A stretch of 13,097 nucleotides of DNA. It comes from Propionibacterium ruminifibrarum. Lineage in GTDB: Bacteria > Actinomycetota > Actinomycetes > Propionibacteriales > Propionibacteriaceae. The stretch covers positions 1 through 13,097 of the forward strand of contig NZ_OMOH01000017.1 in assembly GCF_900289195.1 (NCBI RefSeq). Reading direction: 5' to 3'. Position numbers and translations under genes: made by a program. The first letter of the stretch is position 1, and every line of letters starts with the position of its first letter. The notes below the pieces were generated by a model that saw nothing but the letters and a program-made list of their open reading frames with translations, was not told where the DNA came from and did no database searches. Of this stretch, positions 1 through 5,708 are shown piece after piece.

Positions 1-65
1 TTCTGACAGTGGACGACTTCGCAATCCCCACTCAACCAGCAAGGCCCTCCCATGCGTTCACACCC

Positions 66-79
66 CTGGATCACAGTCC
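66..79 (+). repeat. Copy 1 of the 14-bp direct repeat CTGGATCACAGTCC
   Basis: An exact 14-mer is also present at 226-239, with a 160-bp offset. It lies in non-coding DNA downstream of the minus-strand operon. Confidence 0.6.
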
Positions 80-225
80 TTCAACCAACCAGCCCGATCA
101 GTACACCTAGCGGTGATCTCGAACACGCTTCACTGGCGAGGAAGTTGACGCTATGCGAACAGCCCGCGCGCAAGGTGTGAGCGTGCACGTGCTGGCGAGA
201 TAGTACGATATCCAGCGGGGGTGGT

Positions 226-239
226 CTGGATCACAGTCC
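226..239 (+). repeat. Copy 2 of the 14-bp direct repeat CTGGATCACAGTCC
   Basis: Exact match to 66-79. Confidence 0.6.
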
Positions 240-283
240 GGTCTGACCAAGGTTGATGAAGACTACCTCCCAATCGCTGGCGC

Positions 284-793
284 TTAACGAACGCCGGCGG
301 CATCTAATCGCCGCAGTAGCAGCGACGCCAGCGCTAGGTAGTCGAGCGCTTCATCAGGTGTGTCACCGATGTCGATTTCGTGTCCACGCGGGTTCCGGAT
401 ACCAGCAGCAGCCCCAGCGAAAATGGACTTGTAGCCGCGCTGTTCATCAATTTCTGACTCAGTAACGAGTGCATTGAGCCGAATCTTGGCGTTGGCCTCG
501 TTGAACGCGTCCATCATCAAGGCGTATCCGGTCTTGCCCCTCAGCTTGGAAAGGCGTTTGACTTCCTTCTCGACGAACTTGAATGCCTCAAAAACAGCTT
601 GCTCGCCGTATCCATCGTCGAAGAGACTTCTGATTTTCGACGGAAGATCGGGGTGAATGTTCCTCGTCTCGAAAGGATGCAGGTCTACCGCAGTCTCGTC
701 CTGCTCACTGTCTGGCTCCGAGATCTTTCTTATGAGTGGGTCAGCACTGATTGCCCGGACAATGCGCTCGAATCGATCCAGGCTAATGCTCAT
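284..793 (-). CDS. TIGR02391 / Hypoth_Ymh-family protein (169 aa) with a HEPN-like Rx4H motif; candidate RNase-type effector or toxin
   Basis: ORF-track ORF with an ATG start and a TAA stop at 284-286. Its start overlaps the upstream stop as ATGA (ATG 793-791, TGA 792-790). The pattern HPDL..LFDDGYGEQAVFEAFKFVEKEVK...GIRNPRGHE...DEALDYLALASLLLRRLD matches my recollection of the TIGR02391/PF09509 family. R133-N-P-R-G-H138 is encoded at 380-397. Confidence 0.8.
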   Translation of the reverse strand: MSISLDRFERIVRAISADPLIRKISEPDSEQDETAVDLHPFETRNIHPDLPSKIRSLFDDGYGEQAVFEAFKFVEKEVKRLSKLRGKTGYALMMDAFNEANAKIRLNALVTESEIDEQRGYKSIFAGAAAGIRNPRGHEIDIGDTPDEALDYLALASLLLRRLDAAGVR

Positions 794-1482
794 GACATCA
801 GGTGCTTTTTGATACTCGCGAAGATGGCGTCATATGTAGCAGCGTCTCCGTCCGCTGGAAGATTGACTTCTACGCGTACTGACAGACCGACCTCCCGGCT
901 GGACGAACCGGCTCCCACTGGAACTGCGGGGTGTGGTGCTGCGGAATCCGGCAAAGACCCTTCCGCCTTGGTGACGTGCTTCGCGGCGGGTGATTTTGGC
1001 TTCCGGGCTGAGGTTCCAGTGTTTGTCACGGTCTTCTGGTTACTCGTGCGTGCGGACGGAAGCTCGCCGTGTCCCGAGAGCGCAGCCAAGGTTAGAAAGG
1101 TTGATGCTTGGCGCTTGCCCACCAGCTCTGAAGTCTTGTCCGCACCACGAAACCAGTGGATCAGCGTGTCCTGATCCGCCTGTAGGGCATCATTCATCTC
1201 AGTGAATAGCTGAGAGTAGGCGTTTCGCATTGTATCTTCGAGGCCAGCTTTGAATTCATCGTCGTTGCCAAAGAGATAATCACCGGTCCCTTCCGGCCGG
1301 CTCCCATCTTCATCAATGATCCTGAGGAACCGGAGGATCGATAGGACGTAGGACTCGTTCGAGGGTGCGATGTTAAACCGCTTAAGATAGCTCGCGTCGA
1401 TCTTCGCTGGCGCTCCTTTGCGGAGCTGAGTGAACGTTTGGACTAGTGCGCCCTGGGTGGACGTGTAGGGATAAGTTGGCAT
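790..1482 (-). CDS. DUF5343-like protein (230 aa from the preferred ATG)
   Basis: The ORF track starts at TTG 1512. I prefer ATG 1482 (M11) because AGGAGG (1489-1494, minus) sits 6 nt upstream of it. The N-terminal part (PYTSTQGALVQTFTQLRKGAPAKIDASYLKRFNI...LSILRFLRIIDEDGSRPEG) resembles DUF5343 as I remember it. It is followed by an S/T/P/A/K-rich linker and a short C-terminal module (VRVEVNLPADGDAATYDAIFASIKKHL). Confidence 0.75.
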   Translation of the reverse strand: MPTYPYTSTQGALVQTFTQLRKGAPAKIDASYLKRFNIAPSNESYVLSILRFLRIIDEDGSRPEGTGDYLFGNDDEFKAGLEDTMRNAYSQLFTEMNDALQADQDTLIHWFRGADKTSELVGKRQASTFLTLAALSGHGELPSARTSNQKTVTNTGTSARKPKSPAAKHVTKAEGSLPDSAAPHPAVPVGAGSSSREVGLSVRVEVNLPADGDAATYDAIFASIKKHLMS

Positions 1483-1498
1483 GAGTGTCCTCCTGAAC

Positions 1499-1574
1499 TG
1501 GGGCCGACTCAAATCGGCACGTTGATAGCGACATGAGCAGTATACCTAGATAAGTACGCATGGAGTCGGCCCCA
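1499..1574. repeat. 12-bp perfect inverted repeat (TGGGGCCGACTC at 1499-1510, GAGTCGGCCCCA at 1563-1574) flanking a 52-bp AT-rich spacer
   Basis: Read directly; the arms are exact reverse complements. The spacer contains TATACT (minus) and TTGATA (plus) promoter-like hexamers. The proximal arm lies between the putative -10 and the RBS of the DUF5343 gene. Confidence 0.7.
1539..1544 (-). promoter_or_regulatory. Candidate -10 hexamer TATACT for the DUF5343/TIGR02391 operon
   Basis: The minus-strand sequence TATACT lies about 55 nt upstream of ATG 1482 in the only AT-rich patch. No convincing -35 was seen. Confidence 0.3.
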
Positions 1575-1629
1575 CTCCCAGTGCTCTTAGACGTGCAAAG
1601 CCCGCGAGCAACCGTAAAACCGCGGAGTG

Positions 1630-2241
1630 TTAGGTGTATGGACCGAGGAAGCGCTCGTCACAGTAATGGATCATGTGGGCCGGGTGGTCGACACACCACG
1701 CCTCGGACTCCTAGGCGATCTTGTCAAGATGCTTGCGGAACTTGGCACTGTCAAGGAAGTATGACACATAGACGAGGCCTACTGGTGATTCTGTGAACAG
1801 GGCGGTCAGTTCGGTTTGTCCCTTGGAGTCCATGGGGTCATGAGAACTGGCTGCCTCTAGGGGCACGAGCCAGTTGCGATCAGGTATCTTTTCTTGCGCG
1901 TCGGCCTCTATGGTGAGCGAGGACAGAGTCGCTCGCCCGAAGAGTGTCCATTTGCCGCCTGCGCCGCCAATGTAGAGCCCTTCCCTCCAGGTGTGAAGCG
2001 AGGACAGAAGTCCTCGGCTATAGTTGCTTGAGTAGCACGGTCTACCCGCCAGGTGTCAGAGTGGAGACTGATCTATCAGGGAAAGTGAGTGGGATGTGAT
2101 CCATCTCCGTGCTGCCGCGTAGCGAACCCTGAGCCCAGGCGGCTCGGCAAGGTGCTGATTGACAGCTAACTGCCAATCATCGGTGTCGTAAGCGCACAGT
2201 ATGCCTAGCGTCTCCGCTATGGCCTGATAGTTCCACTTTAG
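1630..2241 (-). pseudogene. Decayed reading frame of unknown family (about 203 codons, two in-frame stops, no start codon)
   Basis: My own minus-strand translation gives a single frame open from 2241 to TAA 1630-1632. It is interrupted only by TGA (2056-2058) and TAG (1711-1713). It reads LKWNYQAIAETLGILCAYDTDDWQLAVNQHLAE...SPL*HLAGRPCYSS...GLYIGGAGGKWTLFGRATLSSLTIEADAQEKIPDRNWLVPLEAASSHDPMDSKGQTELTALFTESPVGLVYVSYFLDSAKFRKHLDKIA*ESEAWCVDHPAHMIHYCDERFLGPYT*. About 9-10 stops would be expected by chance in 203 codons at this GC. It is absent from the ORF track because no piece has a start codon with 60 or more codons after it. Confidence 0.4.
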
Positions 2242-2492
2242 TCAGTCTCGTGGTCAAGTTGTGACCGTCAGTGATTTCTGGGGTGCTGCGCTTACCGGGG
2301 CAGCGAGTCGAGCAACGGGGAAGAAATTGTCTGTGCATTGAGACGTCTCAGACCTTTACGTGCGACTGAGGGCACTAATGACGGGCATTTTTTCGCCCCC
2401 AGAGAAACCCTTCTTGGTCATCGCTTTTCGAGACATCCAAGAAAAACACCCCGCATCTTCTGATACCGCGCGGCCTAGCAAGACACTGTGGG

Positions 2493-2565
2493 TGGAGCAT
2501 AGGGGACTCGAACCCCTGACCTACGGCTTGCAAAGCCGTCGCTCTACCAGCTGAGCTAATGCCCC
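2493..2565 (-). tRNA. tRNA-Ala (anticodon UGC)
   Basis: The reverse complement folds as a 73-nt cloverleaf: GGGGCAT TA GCTC AGCTGGTA GAGC G ACGGC TTTGCAA GCCGT AGGTC AGGGG TTCGAGT CCCCT ATGCTCC A. The anticodon loop is UU-UGC-AA. The G3:U70 alanine identity pair and the GTTCGAGTC T-loop are present. The discriminator is A73, and the next three bases are CCC rather than CCA, so the CCA tail is not exactly encoded. Confidence 0.95.
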
Positions 2566-2616
2566 AGTCGCCTGCCGGGCCGCTTCGCTTCGGGCGGCCG
2601 CGGAACGGCGCCTCAC

Positions 2617-2622
2617 AGTGTA
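2617..2622 (-). promoter_or_regulatory. Candidate -10 (TACACT) for the tRNA-Ala gene
   Basis: The minus-strand TACACT (TANNNT) lies about 50 nt upstream of the mature tRNA 5' end. The -35 region is weak (TTCGGC-like). Confidence 0.3.
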
Positions 2623-2660
2623 GCGGGTGGGCGGGCGGCGCGCCGAACCCGCTGACCGGC

Positions 2661-2730
2661 CACGACGCCGCGGGCACGGCTGCCTCGAGATCTCCGAAGC
2701 CGCCTCCGGATCGATCTCACGACGCCGCGG
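2661..2730 (+). repeat. 13-bp direct repeat CACGACGCCGCGG (2661-2673 and 2718-2730)
   Basis: Exact copies 57 bp apart in the apparently non-coding gap between the tRNA and the DUF5318 gene. A nearby GCCACCGG duplication occurs at about 2739-2760. Confidence 0.5.
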
Positions 2731-3019
2731 ACGCAGGGGCCACCGGTGAGCCGCCACCGGCTGGTGCTCGTGCCTGAGGTCGTGGCCCATGGCACAGCAC
2801 GCCGGCTCAGGACCCTTTCGGCCTGGCAACGGCGGTCCTGCGAGGCGACCAACGGGGCCGGCCCAGGTCTGTGGGCAGTGGCGGACGGTCGCGGCCCTTG
2901 ACAGGTCCGGTAGCCCGCCGGGGTCGTCGCGTTCGTCCTCGGGGACGGTCCTCCGTTCGCCGTGACGTTCTGTGACATCGGGGGCGCCTGGCACAGCCGG
3001 CCCAGTTACTCTTGGATCC

Positions 3020-3439
3020 ATGCGGACACAACGTCAGGTGGTGAGTTACGCGTTGCGGCGCCGGGCCACGCTCGAGGCGATGCGGCGCCCCAACGCCACC
3101 ATGATGGAGTCCGACCCGTGTGACGCGGATCCGCTGCTCATCCGGTCGGCCCTCCACCATGGCGTCCCGTCCGACGCCGAGTGTCCGGTCTGCGCCGGCG
3201 AACACATGAGCGTGCTGCACTATGTGTTCGGCGACCAGCTCGGACAGTTCTCGGGGCGCATCAAGCAACCCGCCGAGCTGGACGAGATGGAGACCGAGTT
3301 CGGCGAGTTCACCGTCCGCGAGGTCGAGGTCTGCCCCGACTGCGGATGGAACTTCATGATCTCGGCCTACAAGCTGGGTGATGGCCGCCGACGCCGCCCG
3401 CCGCGGCATCAGCAGACAGTTGAGGACATCTATGGCTAG
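3020..3439 (+). CDS. DUF5318-family zinc-ribbon protein (139 aa)
   Basis: The ORF track begins at GTG 2972. I prefer ATG 3020 (MRTQRQVVSYALRRRATL...), which matches the usual N-terminus of this family as I recall it. Two CxxC pairs (CPVC and CPDC) suggest a Zn ribbon. TACTCT (3007-3012) lies 7 nt upstream of the ATG with no SD, so the transcript may be leaderless. The stop TAG 3437-3439 overlaps the PBP start. Confidence 0.8.
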   Translation: MRTQRQVVSYALRRRATLEAMRRPNATMMESDPCDADPLLIRSALHHGVPSDAECPVCAGEHMSVLHYVFGDQLGQFSGRIKQPAELDEMETEFGEFTVREVEVCPDCGWNFMISAYKLGDGRRRRPPRHQQTVEDIYG

Positions 3440-5618
3440 CAACAAGAGCACTCCCCGCCGTCCTGCCAGGCCCCGCAAGGGCGGCAAGAAGCGCATCGCC
3501 GCCATCGCCGGCATGGTCGTGGCCGGGCTCGTCGTCCTCGCCCTCATCGTGTCGGGCATCTTCTACGCCTCCGTCAAGCTGCCCGAGCCCAACGAGGACT
3601 ACACGACGCAGACGACGAGCATCTACTACCGTGACGGCTCGACCCTCGTCGGCGAGCTCTCGGTGCAGAACCGCACCGAGGTCGAGTACTCCGCCATGTC
3701 CGAGAACATCAAGAACGCGGTCATCGCGGCCGAGGACCGCAGCTTCTGGACCAACCACGGCATCTCGCCGAAGGGCATGGTCCGTTCCCTGTGGGCCATC
3801 GCCCGCGGCCAGGACCTGCAGAGCGGTTCGACGATCACCCAGCAGTACATCAAGATCCGCTATCTCACCAGCGCCCAGACGATGAGCCGAAAGCTCAAGG
3901 AGCTGGCGCTGGCGGTCAAGATCAACAAGACGGTCTCCAAGGAGGAGATCCTGACCGGCTACCTGAACACCGTCTACTTCGGCCGCGGCGCCTACGGCGT
4001 CGAGCAGGCCGCCCAGACCTGGTTCGACACCAACGCCGCAGGCCTGGACCCGGCCCAGTCCGCGATGCTCTCGGCCCTCATCAACAGTCCCTCCGCGCTC
4101 GACCCGTCCAACGGTGACGAGGCCGCGGCCCAGCTGCTCGAGCGCTACCAGTACGTGCTCGACGGCATGCTCGAGGCCGACAGCATCAGCCAGGCGGACC
4201 ACGACGCCGCCTACGACGCCCTGCCCGAGACCGCGCCGGTCGCGGCGGACGACACCTACGGCGGCCCCAGCGGCTTCCTCATGACGATGGTCCAGAGTGA
4301 ACTGCTCGATGCCGGCCTCACTGACGAGCAGATCTCCGGGGGTGGCCTGAAGGTCACCACGACGTTCGACGCGACCATGCAGAACGCGGCCGTCGAGACC
4401 GCTCAGGACTACACGACCCGTGCCGTGGCGAACGCCCCCACCGAGGGCCTGTCCGAGGACGACCTGCACATCGCCATCGCCTCGGTGGCCGTCGGCACCG
4501 GCGAGGTCTACGCGCTCTACGGCGGCCCCGATTACCTGACCTCGCAGATCAACTGGGCGACCACCGCCCGTCCGGCGGCGTCCACCTTCAAGGCCTGGGC
4601 GCTGCTCGCCGGCCTGGAACAGGGCTTCGGGCTGGGCACGACCCTCAACGGCAGCACCTTCACCCCCGCCGGCGACCCGGTGGTCGTGCACAACGACTCC
4701 AACGTCAACTACGGCAACGTCTCCCTGCTGCAGGCCACCTCGTACTCGATGAACACGGCCTTCACCGACCTGGTGACGACCATGGAGGACGGCCCGCAGT
4801 CGGTCATCGACATGGCCAACGCGGCGGGCATCCCCACCGGTGAGGGCTGGGACATCAACAACCGCATCGCCCTGGGCACCGCCCAGGTCAGCCCGCTGGC
4901 CAACGCCACCGGCTTCGCTACGATCGCCAACGACGGCAAGGCCAACACCACCCATGTCGTGCAGAGCGTCACCGACGCCGGCGGCGAGACGCTCTACACC
5001 GGCGACACGTCGAGCACCCAGGCGATCGACGAGAACGTCGCCCAGAACGCCCAGACGGCCCTCGAGTCGGTCGTCACGAGCGGCACCGGCACGACGGCCG
5101 GCCAGCTCGGCCGCGACGTCATCGCCAAGACCGGCACCAAGGACGACAACGACTCCGAGACGATCTCGGCCTGGTTCGTCGGCGCCACCAAACAGGTCTC
5201 GACGTCCGTCATGTTCGTCGCCGGCGATGGCAACGCCGACCTCAACCCGTACTCGCCGTACGGCTCGTTCAGCTCCGGCCTCTACCCGGCCAACACCTGG
5301 GAGGACTACATGGAGGTGGCCACCGCCGGCATGGACTACGAGTACTTCTCGGGGCTGAACAACATCGGCGCCGGCTCGGGGAACAACGCCACCTACGGTC
5401 CGACGGACAACCAGACCTACTACCCGTCCTCGGAGTCCACTTGGTCGGAGCCGACGGAGCAGCAGCCGACGTCCGAGCCCTCCCAGACGACCATGCCCTC
5501 GGCGGAACCGAGCGGCGGCACAGGCGGTGGCCAGAACCCAAGGCCGGGTGGCGGCGTTGGTAACAATGACAACGAAAACGAGGAGCAGAACGAGAACAAG
5601 CCAGAACGGGAGGGCTGA
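3432..5618 (+). CDS. ponA: Class A (bifunctional) penicillin-binding protein: GT51 transglycosylase plus transpeptidase
   Basis: ATG 3432 (MASNKSTPRRPARPRKGGKK, then the TM segment IAAIAGMVVAGLVVLALIVSGIF) overlaps the upstream stop by 8 nt. GT51 motifs are EDRSFWTNHG, GSTITQQY and RKLKE. Transpeptidase motifs are STFK, SMN and KTGT. The protein ends in a low-complexity S/T/P/E/Q/G/N tail. Confidence 0.95.
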   Translation: MASNKSTPRRPARPRKGGKKRIAAIAGMVVAGLVVLALIVSGIFYASVKLPEPNEDYTTQTTSIYYRDGSTLVGELSVQNRTEVEYSAMSENIKNAVIAAEDRSFWTNHGISPKGMVRSLWAIARGQDLQSGSTITQQYIKIRYLTSAQTMSRKLKELALAVKINKTVSKEEILTGYLNTVYFGRGAYGVEQAAQTWFDTNAAGLDPAQSAMLSALINSPSALDPSNGDEAAAQLLERYQYVLDGMLEADSISQADHDAAYDALPETAPVAADDTYGGPSGFLMTMVQSELLDAGLTDEQISGGGLKVTTTFDATMQNAAVETAQDYTTRAVANAPTEGLSEDDLHIAIASVAVGTGEVYALYGGPDYLTSQINWATTARPAASTFKAWALLAGLEQGFGLGTTLNGSTFTPAGDPVVVHNDSNVNYGNVSLLQATSYSMNTAFTDLVTTMEDGPQSVIDMANAAGIPTGEGWDINNRIALGTAQVSPLANATGFATIANDGKANTTHVVQSVTDAGGETLYTGDTSSTQAIDENVAQNAQTALESVVTSGTGTTAGQLGRDVIAKTGTKDDNDSETISAWFVGATKQVSTSVMFVAGDGNADLNPYSPYGSFSSGLYPANTWEDYMEVATAGMDYEYFSGLNNIGAGSGNNATYGPTDNQTYYPSSESTWSEPTEQQPTSEPSQTTMPSAEPSGGTGGGQNPRPGGGVGNNDNENEEQNENKPEREG

Positions 5619-5708
5619 TCCTTCTTGACACCGGACCACCGGAAGCCGAGTATCAGACATCGGTGCTGTTGTATCGTCCCTTGTCGTGGTCGGTGACGGT
5701 TCCTGCCG

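Larger units (their letters stand above)
1..2492. mobile_element. Low-GC accessory island (remnant) abutting the 3' end of tRNA-Ala; its left end lies beyond the window
   Basis: Hand counts of 60-nt lines gave about 45-60% GC here against about 70-80% to the right of 2566. The shift coincides with the tRNA 3' end at 2493. The content is non-housekeeping (DUF5343/TIGR02391 pair, decayed ORF). No integrase or att repeat is visible in the window. Confidence 0.45.

Noticed and set aside
1-150. Open plus-strand frames running in from the left edge (frame 3 to TAG at 108-110; frame 2 to TGA at about 146-148) and a short minus-strand ATG ORF leaving the window
   Set aside because: They are too short and too featureless to call (for example LTVDDFAIPTQPARPSHAFTPLDHSPSTNQPDQYT*). 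One could be the C-terminus of an upstream gene, but this cannot be supported from 35-50 codons.
253-1205. Plus-strand ORFs 253..465, 474..656, 599..1174 and 990..1205, antisense to the island operon
   Set aside because: They are Cys/Arg/Ser-rich and have no RBS. They lie opposite two ORFs with recognisable family patterns and a strong SD.
1560-1796. 78-aa plus-strand ORF
   Set aside because: It is Cys/Arg/Pro-rich and has no RBS. It partly overlaps, in antisense, the more coherent decayed minus-strand frame.
2339-2350. Perfect 12-bp palindrome TGAGACGTCTCA
   Set aside because: Spacer-less 6+6 palindromes are expected about 3 times by chance in 13 kb. It has no positional link to a gene start.
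2437-2476. Possible terminator after the tRNA (CCGC...GCGG followed by GTGTTTTTC on the minus strand)
   Set aside because: The stem is only 4 bp with a 15-nt loop, which is too weak to call.
2360-3021. ORFs overlapping the tRNA and filling the tRNA-DUF5318 gap (2360..2554 and 2559..2777 on the plus strand; 2375..2677, 2521..3021, 2613..2978 and 2807..3559 on the minus strand)
   Set aside because: They overlap a bona fide tRNA or the DUF5318 and PBP genes. Their products are Arg/Pro/Ser/Thr/Cys/Trp-rich wrong-frame-type sequences without an RBS.
5625-5656. Perfect TTGACA (5625-5630) upstream of the GT87-like gene as a promoter
   Set aside because: The best downstream hexamers are GAGTAT (17-nt spacer, poor -10) and TATCAG (20-nt spacer, lacking the final T). 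It may be real, but the sequence alone does not support it.
3354-5660. 768-aa ORF on the minus strand, antisense to the PBP gene
   Set aside because: This is a typical high-GC shadow frame. The translation is Arg/Gly/Val/Ala/Leu/Asp low-complexity text with no motifs, whereas the plus-strand frame has complete GT51 and transpeptidase motifs.
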